Origin: Gemmatimonadota bacterium
GTDB lineage: Bacteria; Gemmatimonadota; Gemmatimonadetes; Longimicrobiales; Gaopeijiaceae
Direction: 5' to 3'
Length of the DNA: 64,000 nt
Assembly: GCA_039589315.1 (NCBI GenBank)
Contig: JBDHHQ010000014.1
Span: 1 to 64,000 of the forward strand
Below, piece by piece: positions 18,452-27,639 of this stretch. Below the pieces are notes generated by a model. The model was not told the origin of the DNA, made no database searches, and saw only the letters and a program-made list of their open reading frames with translations. Each line of letters starts with the position of its first letter. Within the stretch, counting starts at the first letter, position 1. A program made the position numbers and the translations under genes.

Positions 18452-19602
18452 GAGGCCGCGGTCACCTCGACCAGGGCGTCGAGGGCCCGGTCCACGTCCT
18501 CGGCGGTCGAGTAGAAGTGCGGCGCCAGACGGATCGCCGGCCCCCGGGCCGACGCCAGAATGCCCCGAGCACGCAGGCCGACCTCCACCACGTGGGAGTC
18601 ACCTTGGCAGGCGAACGCGGTGGTGGGGGCCTTCGTCCCCGGACCGGTGGGGCCGAGCACCTTCAGGCCCCGGGCCGCCCCACCCGCGATCAGCAGCCCC
18701 GAGAGGTGGTCCGTCCAGCTCTGGATGGCCACCGGGCCGACCTCGTTGATCATGGCCAGCCCCTCGCGGGCGATCCACGCGTTCAGGACCGGCGGCGTGC
18801 CGGTGTCGAACCGTCGGGCCGTGTCCGACCAGTCGAGGCGAGTGGCGTCGAAGCCGAACGGATTCGCCCGGCCGAACCAGCCCGTGACCGCGGGCTCCAG
18901 TCCACCCAGGAGGTCGGGCTTCACGTAGAGGAACGCGATCCCCGCCGTGCCCATGAGGTACTTGAGCGTGCCAGCCGCGAGGAAGTCCACGTCGAGGGCC
19001 TTCACGTCGACGGGGCAGGTGCCCAGCGTCTGGTAGGCGTCCACATACAGATGGGCGCCGACGTCGTGGGCCATGGCGGACAGGCGGGCCAGATCCTGCT
19101 TCGCGCCGGTCTGATAGTACCCGTGGCAGGCCGACACCAGCAGCGCCCGGTCGTCGAGGTGGGGCTCGTACCCCTGCAGGGGTACGGCACCGTCCCTCAC
19201 TGGCGCCCAGGCCACCTCCGCCCCGTACTTGCGGTGAGCCAACCAGACGTGGCCTACGGTGGGAAACTCGGCCTCGCTGGCCACGACCGTTCTGCGCCGG
19301 CCGGTGAAGTCCAGCGCGCTGGCGAGGCTCGCCGTGGCCGCCGAGACGGAGGTGGTCACGGCGACCTCGTCCGGACCGGCGTTGATGAGGCGGGCGAACT
19401 CATGGCGAGCGGCCTCCACGCCCTCCAGCCAACCGTCCCAGTCCATGCCGTGTCGGTCCCACGAATCCAGGTACGCCTCCGCCGCTGCCCGCGTCCGCAC
19501 GGTGAGCGGAGCCTGAGAGCAATGGTTCAAGGGCACGGCTCGGTCCAGCAGCGGCACCTGGCGGCGCCAGACCTCCAGGTCGTAGGCGGGACGTGGGTCC
19601 AT
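18448..19602 (-). CDS. Class V PLP-dependent aminotransferase (cysteine desulfurase/kynureninase-like)
   Basis: EFPT, VDAYQ, GTLKYLMG (PLP Lys), GWF, IRLAPHFY. Confidence 0.88.
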   Translation of the reverse strand: MDPRPAYDLEVWRRQVPLLDRAVPLNHCSQAPLTVRTRAAAEAYLDSWDRHGMDWDGWLEGVEAARHEFARLINAGPDEVAVTTSVSAATASLASALDFTGRRRTVVASEAEFPTVGHVWLAHRKYGAEVAWAPVRDGAVPLQGYEPHLDDRALLVSACHGYYQTGAKQDLARLSAMAHDVGAHLYVDAYQTLGTCPVDVKALDVDFLAAGTLKYLMGTAGIAFLYVKPDLLGGLEPAVTGWFGRANPFGFDATRLDWSDTARRFDTGTPPVLNAWIAREGLAMINEVGPVAIQSWTDHLSGLLIAGGAARGLKVLGPTGPGTKAPTTAFACQGDSHVVEVGLRARGILASARGPAIRLAPHFYSTAEDVDRALDALVEVTAAS

Positions 19603-19783
19603 GAGCGGAGGGGCGGCGCTCCGATTGTGTGGTTGGTGGAGGGGTCTGATTGGTGATGCCCGAACGAAACGGCCATATTGACCGGAAGGCCATCACGCTT
19701 GGTCCCCCGGAGCCCGGATCTGTTGGCACCAGTCTACGGCGGCGGGGCAGCAGCGGCCATTGCCGCAAGGTGAGAGGAGCCAC

Positions 19784-20074
19784 GTGGACGTCGAATTCAT
19801 CGTCTCCCTCGTATTCAGCCTGTTGGTGATCATCGTCGTGGGCGGCGGCATCCTGCTCTTCCCGATCACACGGCGCCTGGGGCTCTTGCTCGAGAGGCGC
19901 CTCGAGGCCGAGGCGCTGCCTGGTGACGAGCTGCAACAGCTGAAGGCCGCGGTCCGTTCGCTCGATCAGCAGGTCCAGAACCTCCAGGAGCGTCAGGACT
20001 TCACGGAGAAGCTGCTGGCACCGGGCTCTAGCGAAGCTCCCCGGCCCGGACAGGAGTTGCGCGGTGACGGATGA
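19784..20074 (+). CDS. Small membrane protein with coiled coil
   Basis: GAGGAG RBS before GTG; TM helix then heptad ending LQERQDFTEKLL. Confidence 0.7.
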   Translation: MDVEFIVSLVFSLLVIIVVGGGILLFPITRRLGLLLERRLEAEALPGDELQQLKAAVRSLDQQVQNLQERQDFTEKLLAPGSSEAPRPGQELRGDG

Positions 20075-20465
20075 TCAAGCGCTGGTGCGCGTCCTCGAGG
20101 AGCTCCGCGTAGCGCGGCTCCAGCGGCTCATGGACAAGCAGTTCGACGCCATGGTCGAGGGGTTCTACGCGGAGGACGCGCGTCTGATGCCTCCCGATCA
20201 GCCGACCCTGGAGGGACGGGAGGCCTTGCGAGCCTTCTGGGAGAACGCCCCCGAGGCCGGCCTCATCGACCTGAGGCTGACGGCCCGGGAGGTAGACGGC
20301 TCTGGGGATCTCGCCTACGAGCGAGGCGAGTTCGCTCGTCGGCTGAGGCCGCGGCACGGCCACCAGTTCACGGACCTGGGAAAGTACCTGGTGGTCTTCC
20401 GACGGCAGGCGGACGGGGGATACAGGGCGATCGTGGAGATCTTCAACAGCCCCAGAGGGCGCTGA
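20064..20465 (+). CDS. NTF2/SnoaL-like DUF4440 protein
   Basis: YAEDARLMPP, GDLAYERG, GKYLVVFRRQADG. Confidence 0.85.
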   Translation: MTDDQALVRVLEELRVARLQRLMDKQFDAMVEGFYAEDARLMPPDQPTLEGREALRAFWENAPEAGLIDLRLTAREVDGSGDLAYERGEFARRLRPRHGHQFTDLGKYLVVFRRQADGGYRAIVEIFNSPRGR

Positions 20466-20557
20466 CCGCTCGGCCCGCCTCGGCGTCGCTGTCCCCTGCA
20501 GAATCTCGCGCCGCCTGGGAGCGGTGGTGGTAGTTGCCCCGAAGCCGCGCCGGGCGC

Positions 20558-21601
20558 TTATCCCTTCCTGGACAGCAGCCGGACTGGGAGGTGTCGAAGA
20601 TGCGCCTCCAGCGTGCGGCGCGGCGTCAGCTCCTCGTCGATGATGCGTGCGAGCTCCTCCTCCCGCTTCCACATGAACTCGAGGGCGTGTAGCTCCATCC
20701 CCAGGAGGCGTCGCTCGGCGCCCTCGTTCACCGCGATCTCCAGTGCGATGGACAGGGTGGGACCCATCTTCCACAGCGACGATCGTTCCTCGGCCGCCCT
20801 GTCCACGAAGTCCATCGCCGAGCCGGAAAGCTCGATCTCACGGGCAGCGTCCCGGATGAGCGTCTCGTTCGCCCCCTGGATATGCTGGTAGGCCAACACG
20901 CGCCGCATGGCGTTTTCGGCCGCATCGCCGTGGAGCTGGTATACCTTCTCCGGTGTCCACGGGTCGCACCTGGGACACGGGACGCCGACCCCCAGCCGTC
21001 CGTCTTCGCCACGGATCGGGTACACCCACCAGGACAGGTCGTAGCGGAGCGCCCGGAGGGTGCTGCCACAGAAGTCGCAGTCGGTCCGTCCGTGCCACGC
21101 CGCCCACCCGAACCGCCGCCACCGCAGGATGTCGGCCATGGGATTGTCGTCCCAGGTGATGTCCAGGTCGAGCTCGGCGAGCCCGAGCGCCTCTCCCACG
21201 TACGCAGCCGCGCCGTAGGTCAGGGCCGCCACGCGGGAGCCCGTGCTGTCGAACCGGCGTCGGCGCTGCGCCATCTCACGGCCGTAGCGCCACCACGCCT
21301 GCTCGGCCAGGTCCGCCTTGCCGACTCTCACGAGCAGGGCCTTCTCGGCTTCGTGAAGGGAGATGTTGGCGGTGTGGGCCACCAGGTGCGCCCGGTCGCG
21401 ACAGAGCTTCTCGAGCTGGTACAGGATCTCGCCGCGCTCCTCGAGGGGAGCCAGGTTCCACCGGTGGCAGCGGTCGCAGACGGCCCACAGACGCCCCCGG
21501 ACCGGGTCGTACGCGATTCGGCGCCCCGACCGGAATCGACCAAACCGTTCGGTTTTGGGAAACCGCTTTCTGCAGAACAAGCAGCGCTTCAGCACGTCCA
21601 C
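20558..21601 (-). CDS. Hypothetical protein with four CxxC pairs (putative double zinc ribbon)
   Basis: CLFC, CDRC, CDFC, CPRC; GRRIAYDP..GRLW..C..C.RWNL.PLEER; GTG start near GGAG. Confidence 0.75.
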   Translation of the reverse strand: MDVLKRCLFCRKRFPKTERFGRFRSGRRIAYDPVRGRLWAVCDRCHRWNLAPLEERGEILYQLEKLCRDRAHLVAHTANISLHEAEKALLVRVGKADLAEQAWWRYGREMAQRRRRFDSTGSRVAALTYGAAAYVGEALGLAELDLDITWDDNPMADILRWRRFGWAAWHGRTDCDFCGSTLRALRYDLSWWVYPIRGEDGRLGVGVPCPRCDPWTPEKVYQLHGDAAENAMRRVLAYQHIQGANETLIRDAAREIELSGSAMDFVDRAAEERSSLWKMGPTLSIALEIAVNEGAERRLLGMELHALEFMWKREEELARIIDEELTPRRTLEAHLRHLPVRLLSRKG

Positions 21602-21724
21602 TCCCAGGGGCAATCCCCGTAACCGCAAGCATAACTTGCCGTTGCGGCCTTCACCACACCAGCCTGACACCGTCTCGGCAGAGGCCCACTCCCTCGCCCC
21701 GCTACGGGCGTCTTGCTGATAATA

Positions 21725-21740
21725 GGCAAGTGCGGTGCCA
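21725..21740 (-). promoter_or_regulatory. Sigma-54 (-24/-12) promoter candidate
   Basis: Minus strand TGGCAC-CGCAC-TTGC, exact GG-N10-GC spacing, ~125 bp upstream of the zinc-ribbon gene. Confidence 0.65.
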
Positions 21741-21819
21741 CCAGGCGCCGCCGGGACTCCCCGGCACCACATCCCGTTCCGGTGGGGCCCCAACGGGCGG
21801 CCTGCATCCTCGAATCAGC

Positions 21820-22350
21820 TCACGCCTCCGGCGCCACTGCGATGCACTCGATCTCGACGCTCGCGCCAATGGCCAGGCCACTCACCGCCACGGTGGAGCG
21901 AGCCGGCGGGTCCTCGGGGAAGAACGCAGCGTACGCTTCGTTCATCTCGGTGAAATCGTCGATGTCGGCGATGAACACCGTGCATTTGACGACGTCGCCC
22001 ATGTCGGCGCCGGCGGCCTGGAGCACGGTCTGCAGGTGAGTCAGGGCCATGGTCGTCTCCGGGCCCGTCCCACCCTCGACGAGCTCCAGGGTCCCCGGCT
22101 TGGCGCCCACGGCGCCGGAGAGGAAGATCAGGTCGCCCGTGCGGATCGCGGGCGAGAAGAACCGGAGACCCGGCACGCCCTCGGGCCGGATCACCTCCCG
22201 GCGAGGACCCTCCTGGGCAGTGCCAACAGCGGATGCGGCCACGGCGTCCGGCGGCGGGGAAGGCGGCTCACAACTGGCGAGCGTGAGAACAGCGACCAGT
22301 GCGAGGGCGCCGGGCGCGTGTCGCTCCGGCGCGGTCGGGACCATAAGCAT
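21820..22350 (-). CDS. RidA/YjgF family deaminase with lipoprotein signal peptide
   Basis: FSPA, IFLSG, VVKCTVF, MNEAY..FF..PPARSTV, EIECIA; N-terminal LASC lipobox. Confidence 0.88.
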   Translation of the reverse strand: MLMVPTAPERHAPGALALVAVLTLASCEPPSPPPDAVAASAVGTAQEGPRREVIRPEGVPGLRFFSPAIRTGDLIFLSGAVGAKPGTLELVEGGTGPETTMALTHLQTVLQAAGADMGDVVKCTVFIADIDDFTEMNEAYAAFFPEDPPARSTVAVSGLAIGASVEIECIAVAPEA

Positions 22351-22382
22351 CGGCGCTCTCCAGACGAAGAGGGGGAGGGGGC

Positions 22383-24110
22383 TCAGCGCTCGAAGAGCAC
22401 TTCGCCGCCCAGGATCGTAACGTCCACCACGGCCTCCGGAATCTCCGCCTCCGGGACGGTCATGATGTCCTTCGAGAGCACCACTATGTCGGCCAGCTTC
22501 CCCGGCGCGATGGAGCCCTTGGAGTCCTCCTCGAAGGCGGCGTAGGCGTTGTTGATCGTGTACGACGCCAACGCCTCCTCCCGGGTCATGCGCTGGTCCG
22601 GGTAGAAGGGCGTCCCGTCCAACGCCACCCGAGTGACCGAGGCATGGAAGCTGGCAATGGGATCGACGTCCTCGACTGGGGTGTCCGTACCGTTCGTGAC
22701 CACCACGCCCGCGTCGATCAGCGACCGCCACAGGTAGGCGCCCGAGGCCGCCCGCTCCTCGCCCAACCGCTTGAGGACCCAAGGGGCGTCCGATGTCGCG
22801 TGAATGCCCTGCATGGAGGCCACGATGCCCAGATCGACGAATCTCGGGATCTCGGATGGATCCAGGTGCTGCGCGTGCTCTATCCGCCAGCGCCGGGCCG
22901 GGCCCCCTCCGTGTGCCGCGAACGTCTTCTCGTAGATGTCCAGGACCTCCTTGTTGGCCCGGTCTCCGATGGCGTGGGTGTTCACCTGGAAGTCGTGCTC
23001 CGCCGCGATCTCGGCCGTGCGCGTGATGTCCTCCACGGTCTCCAGGACCAGGCCCTCGCTCTCGGGCAGATCCTCGTACGGCGACAGCAGCCACGCGCCG
23101 TGGGATCCCAGGGCACCATCGATCTGTCGCTTGATCGCCCGGACGGTGAGGAAGTCGTTGCCGTAGCCCACCATCCTGTAGTCGGGCAGCCGCTCCGCCA
23201 TCGCCTCGTTGGTCTCGAAGCGCACCATGATGTACAGGCGGATGGGGAGCGCCCCCTCGTCAGCCAGCTCCTTCAGGAAGTCGATGGTCGCGAAGCTGGC
23301 GCCGGCGTCGTGGAACGTCGTCACGCCCTTGGAAAGGGCCTCGTCTCCGGCCAGGTTGACTGCCCTTCGCAGCTCCGCCTCGATCTCCTCGGGGGACCTG
23401 AGGGCATCGGCTTCGTCCCGCACCGCCTCGACGATCCGATCCGCGGTCTCCCGGAGGAGACCCGTCGCCGCTCCATCGGGCCCCCGCACGATCGTGCCGC
23501 CCGGGGGATCGGGAGTGTCTGGCCCGATTCCCGCGAGCTCCAGAGCCTTGGCATTGGCGAACGATGCGTGTCCGCTGGCATGGCCGAGGAGCACGGGGTT
23601 CTCGGGCGATACCGCGCTGAGCTCGTCGTGGTACGGAACCCCGTCGACGTTCCGCTCGGGCACCACCGACCATTTCTCTTGGTGCCAGCCCCGCCCCTCG
23701 ATCCAGGCACCGGGCTCAGCCATGGCCACGGCCTCGGCGACCATGTCGACGATGTCGCCCCAGGTGCCCGCTTCCGTGAGGTCCAGGATCATCTGGGACT
23801 CGCCCAGAGACATGAAGTGGCCGTGCCCTTCGATGAAGCCCGGCGTGACCAGTCGGCCTTCGAGGTCGATCACCCGCGTCCCCGGCCCTACACGGGTCTC
23901 GATCTCGGCACTCGACCCGACGGCGACGATCCGCCCGTCGGCCACAGCGACCGCCTCGGCGTTGGGGCGCGCCGGGTCCATGGTCACCACGTGCCCATTG
24001 GTCAGCACCAGCTCGGCTGGCTCGGCCGCGGGCCCCTCGCAACCCGTCACACCGGCGAGTATCGCCACCGCGAGGAGTCCGCGCGCCCAATGGCGGGAGG
24101 GCATCAGCAT
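22383..24110 (-). CDS. YtcJ-like amidohydrolase (Amidohydro_3) lipoprotein
   Basis: PGFIEGHGH, DGALGS, HAIGD, RIEHAQ, GTDTPVE; VTGC lipobox. Confidence 0.92.
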   Translation of the reverse strand: MLMPSRHWARGLLAVAILAGVTGCEGPAAEPAELVLTNGHVVTMDPARPNAEAVAVADGRIVAVGSSAEIETRVGPGTRVIDLEGRLVTPGFIEGHGHFMSLGESQMILDLTEAGTWGDIVDMVAEAVAMAEPGAWIEGRGWHQEKWSVVPERNVDGVPYHDELSAVSPENPVLLGHASGHASFANAKALELAGIGPDTPDPPGGTIVRGPDGAATGLLRETADRIVEAVRDEADALRSPEEIEAELRRAVNLAGDEALSKGVTTFHDAGASFATIDFLKELADEGALPIRLYIMVRFETNEAMAERLPDYRMVGYGNDFLTVRAIKRQIDGALGSHGAWLLSPYEDLPESEGLVLETVEDITRTAEIAAEHDFQVNTHAIGDRANKEVLDIYEKTFAAHGGGPARRWRIEHAQHLDPSEIPRFVDLGIVASMQGIHATSDAPWVLKRLGEERAASGAYLWRSLIDAGVVVTNGTDTPVEDVDPIASFHASVTRVALDGTPFYPDQRMTREEALASYTINNAYAAFEEDSKGSIAPGKLADIVVLSKDIMTVPEAEIPEAVVDVTILGGEVLFER

Positions 24111-24247
24111 CGCTCCGCTCCGGATGTCCGTGTGTCCTGGAATCGCTGAGAAGGTGGCCGGGCGCTCCAACTCGCGCCAGTACGGCCGGGCTCAGCAGAG
24201 GTGCGAGTAGAGCACCCCCGACGGCTATCCGGGATCGTGCAGCGGCT

Positions 24248-25345
24248 TCAGGTCATCTCGGCGTGGTCCCGCTCCTCCAGCTTCTCGGCCATCTCATCGA
24301 AGGTCCTGGCCAGGCTCCCCAGCTCGTCGTCGCCGTAGTCGATCCCGGTCCGGGCGGAGTAGTCTCCGCCGGCGATCCGCCTCTCCGCCTCGATGATCGC
24401 CGAGGTTCGGTTGAGGATCGTGTAGTGGCCCAAGGACCAGGCCGCGAGGAGCATCACGACCGCTGCCCCAGCCAACAGCGAGAGCTCGGTCCCCAGGATT
24501 CGCCTGAGCTGTGCCGTCACCGAAGCTTCCGAGATCGCTACGGCCAGATAACCCACCGGTCGCCCTTTGGGCCTGAGCAGGGGCGCCACGGCGAAGCGTC
24601 GCTCGACGCCGTCCAGGTCCTCGCCCCGAATGACCCTGGCCTCGGTCTGATCGACCTGACTCCGGGAGGGAAACGTTTCCGGCAGGGCCGTGCCGACGAG
24701 ATCCGCTCCCTCCGGATAGCGGACGAGCACATTACCGCTGAGGTCGGACAGGGTGAAGGACGCGTCGGCCGGCAGATGGGCCTCGGAGGCGCTCTCGCCG
24801 AGAAGCGTGAGGTCCAGCGTTACGCCCAGAACGCCCAGTAGCTCGTCACCCTCACCGTACATCGGATAAGCCATCCCGACCGTTGGCTTCCCCGTGATTC
24901 GGCCGACCTGGTAGTCGCCTACCGCGAAGTCCCGGTTGCCGGTGGCGCGCACCACGTAGCTGCGGTCGCCCAGGTAGAGGGGGTTTTCCAGTGAGACAGC
25001 GCCACAGGATCGATACCCCTCCGCGTCGATCACCGCCAACGCCGTGTACCGGGGGCTCGCGGCCAGCATCCGACCCAGGAGCTCGTCGCACTCGGGTCTC
25101 TTCCGCTCGAGCACCTCGTCATTCTGGGCCAGCGCGAAGAGCATGGCCCGTGCCTCCTCCACCATGTGCCCGAAGTCGACCCCGGTGCTTTCGGCCAGAC
25201 GCAGGAGCTCGTGCTCCACCGACTGCTCGGAGAGGGCCGTGAGCTCGCGGTTCGCGTACCAGAAGAGAGCAAGCGACGGGATGAACGCCAGGACGATCAA
25301 GAAGATGAAACGTCCACGGACGGTGTGCGGAAGGATTCCAGACAT
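24248..25345 (-). CDS. Cache-HAMP membrane sensor without output domain
   Basis: TM, dCache-like region (DRSY, GRITGKP), TM, HAMP (DELGSLARTFDEMA), then stop; GGAGG RBS. Confidence 0.8.
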   Translation of the reverse strand: MSGILPHTVRGRFIFLIVLAFIPSLALFWYANRELTALSEQSVEHELLRLAESTGVDFGHMVEEARAMLFALAQNDEVLERKRPECDELLGRMLAASPRYTALAVIDAEGYRSCGAVSLENPLYLGDRSYVVRATGNRDFAVGDYQVGRITGKPTVGMAYPMYGEGDELLGVLGVTLDLTLLGESASEAHLPADASFTLSDLSGNVLVRYPEGADLVGTALPETFPSRSQVDQTEARVIRGEDLDGVERRFAVAPLLRPKGRPVGYLAVAISEASVTAQLRRILGTELSLLAGAAVVMLLAAWSLGHYTILNRTSAIIEAERRIAGGDYSARTGIDYGDDELGSLARTFDEMAEKLEERDHAEMT

Positions 25346-25608
25346 GACCCGACCTCCGCGCGAGAGGAGGAGGGTGCCGATGGCGGATTCCAGCGGCGGC
25401 CCGGGAGAGAGAGGGCCTTTACGTCGATGTGCTTCGGGGCGCGATCACACCGCGGCAAGTTGCTGAGCGAGGTGCGGTCGGGCTTGGTCTGCCCCGCACT
25501 CTCCGAATCGTGGCAACATAGATCCAGGTGGCCCGACCGACAAGGAACCGGCACATTCCCTGGACCTTTGATCCAAGACGGCATCGGAGCGCGGAGTCGG
25601 GCCCTGGC

Positions 25609-26265
25609 ATGACGCAGTTCGAGATGGAGAGAGCCCGGATGGTCCGGCGCCAGTTGGCGCGGCGCGCCATCCGGGATCACCGCGTCCTCGACGCCATGTC
25701 CTCCGTCCCCCGGGAGCAGTTCGTACGCCCCGACCTGCAGCGACTCGCGTACCAGGATTCCGCCCTGCCCATCAGCAGCGGCCAGACGATCTCGCAACCG
25801 TACATCGTGGCGCTCATGGCCGAGGCACTCGAGCTCCGTCCGGAAGACCGCGTCCTCGAGATCGGCACGGGCTCCGGCTATGCGGCCGCGGTCCTGTCCC
25901 GCTTGGCTCGCGAGGTTCACACCGTGGAGCGCCTCGCAACGTTGGCGGACAGCGCCCGGGAATGCCTGGATCGACTGTGCTACGGCAACGTCACGGTCCA
26001 CGTCGGCGACGGATCTCTCGGCCTCCCCGAGCATGCGCCGTACGATGCCATCACCGTGGCGGCGGGAGGCCCGTCGGTGCCGGAGCCCCTGCAACGGCAA
26101 CTAGCGGACGGCGGCAGGCTTGTCGTCCCTGTAGGCCCCGCAGCCAGCCTCCAGACGTTGGTACGGGTGCGCCGCACGCGCCGGGGCTTCGAGGAGGAAC
26201 GGCTGGCGGATGTCCGATTCGTGCCGCTGGTGGGCAAAGCCGGGTGGAACGAAGGCGAGGGGTGA
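25609..26265 (+). CDS. pcm: Protein-L-isoaspartate O-methyltransferase
   Basis: VPREQF, QTISQPY, VLEIGTGSGY, APYDAI, VRFVPL. Confidence 0.95.
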   Translation: MTQFEMERARMVRRQLARRAIRDHRVLDAMSSVPREQFVRPDLQRLAYQDSALPISSGQTISQPYIVALMAEALELRPEDRVLEIGTGSGYAAAVLSRLAREVHTVERLATLADSARECLDRLCYGNVTVHVGDGSLGLPEHAPYDAITVAAGGPSVPEPLQRQLADGGRLVVPVGPAASLQTLVRVRRTRRGFEEERLADVRFVPLVGKAGWNEGEG

Positions 26266-26341
26266 GCGGCCTCAGCCAGGTTCGGGCGATGGCGTGGACG
26301 CGGGAGGGCCGCAGCGCCTGATCCCCTGAGGTGACGCCCGT

Positions 26342-26719
26342 TCAGGCATGGGTCGACCGACCCCGCCGGCGACGCCAGACGACCGCGTAGATAGCCAGGT
26401 TCAACAGGATCACGCCGACACCGAGGCCCACCTGCAGCTCCCGGGTGAGCTCGCGCGGGTAGAGGATCGGGATCAGGTAGTGCTCGACGAATCCGCCTTC
26501 GTACCCGGCTTGCCCGCCCAGAACGCGGAGTCGCACCTCGAGTGGCGTGAGGGGACACACCCATCCTGCCAACTCGATGGCGCCGCCCCAAACCGCGGCA
26601 GGCAGGTGGATCCAGGCGACCCGGGGCCACCGCAGCACCAGCAGCCCACCCAGGATCACGAAGGCGACGAACGCGAAGTGGCTGACCACCACCGCGTCTG
26701 CGAGCAGCCTGTAGACCAG
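26342..26719 (-). CDS. DUF2784 membrane protein
   Basis: YRLLADAVV..HFAF, WIHLP, CPLTPLE, GGFVEHY; start uncertain (CTG 26719 after GGAGG, or ATG 26761). Confidence 0.85.
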   Translation of the reverse strand: MVYRLLADAVVVSHFAFVAFVILGGLLVLRWPRVAWIHLPAAVWGGAIELAGWVCPLTPLEVRLRVLGGQAGYEGGFVEHYLIPILYPRELTRELQVGLGVGVILLNLAIYAVVWRRRRGRSTHA

Positions 26720-26852
26720 ATCCGCCTCCCCGCGTTTGCCGCGCTCGGGCCGGGGCTCCATGATTGCCACCCGACGCATTCCGAGGGCTCGTCGGCCGCG
26801 GCCCTCCCCCAGCCGACGACGCCCCGTCTCCCACAAAAGAGAGTCGAAAGAC

Positions 26853-27626
26853 ATGAACCGCATCAAGGGGAAGAAGGTCCTCATCACGGGGGCGAGCGCC
26901 GGGATCGGCCAGGCCTGCGCCCGGGCCTTCGCCTCTCGCGGCGCCACTCTGATCCTGTGCGCGCGTCGCGTTGACCGACTCGACGCCCTGGGGTCCGAGC
27001 TGGAGGCGGAGCACGGGACCCGCGTCAGGGTGGGACGGTTGGACGTGCGCGACGCAGAGGCCGTGGACGCCTTCGTGGCGGACGTCGTGGGCGACGGCGA
27101 AGTGCCGGACGTGCTCGTCAACAACGCGGGATTGGCCCGGGATCTCCTGAAGATCCAGGAGGGACGGCGAGCCTCCTGGGACGAGATGATCGACACCAAC
27201 GTCAAGGGGCTCCTCTACGTCACCCGCGCCGTCCTCCCCCACATGATCGCGCGGGACAGTGGGCACATCGTCAACATCGGGAGCGTCGCCGGTCGACAGG
27301 TGTACCCGTCGGGGAATGTGTACAACGCGACCAAATTCGCGGTCTTCGCGCTGAACCAGGCCATGGCCATCGACCTCGTGGGCACGAACATCCGGGTGTC
27401 CACCGTGGACCCGGGAGCGGTGCACAGCGAGTTTTCGGACGTCCGGTTCTTCGGTGACACGGAGCGGGCCGAGACGGTCTACGAGGGATACCGTCCGCTC
27501 CAGCCCGAGGACATCGCGGACGCCGTCTGCTACGTGGTCAACACGCCGGAGCACGTGAACGTGCAGGAGATGCTCGTGATGCCCACCGACCAGCGGAATC
27601 CCTACGTCATCCACAAGGAAGGTTGA
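26853..27626 (+). CDS. NADP-dependent SDR, YdfG-like
   Basis: TGASAGIG, NNAG, YNATK, DPGAV. Confidence 0.92.
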   Translation: MNRIKGKKVLITGASAGIGQACARAFASRGATLILCARRVDRLDALGSELEAEHGTRVRVGRLDVRDAEAVDAFVADVVGDGEVPDVLVNNAGLARDLLKIQEGRRASWDEMIDTNVKGLLYVTRAVLPHMIARDSGHIVNIGSVAGRQVYPSGNVYNATKFAVFALNQAMAIDLVGTNIRVSTVDPGAVHSEFSDVRFFGDTERAETVYEGYRPLQPEDIADAVCYVVNTPEHVNVQEMLVMPTDQRNPYVIHKEG

Positions 27627-27639
27627 TCAGGCCGCCTCG

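Noticed and set aside
21820..23094. 424-aa RidA fusion
   Set aside because: Upstream part is an off-frame overlap with the YtcJ gene; real start is near 22350
22644..24149. 501-aa plus-strand ORF
   Set aside because: Antisense shadow of the YtcJ amidohydrolase, typical of high-GC codon bias
24200..24250. Selenocysteine or read-through at the Cache-HAMP TGA
   Set aside because: No convincing SECIS and the downstream frame resembles no signalling domain
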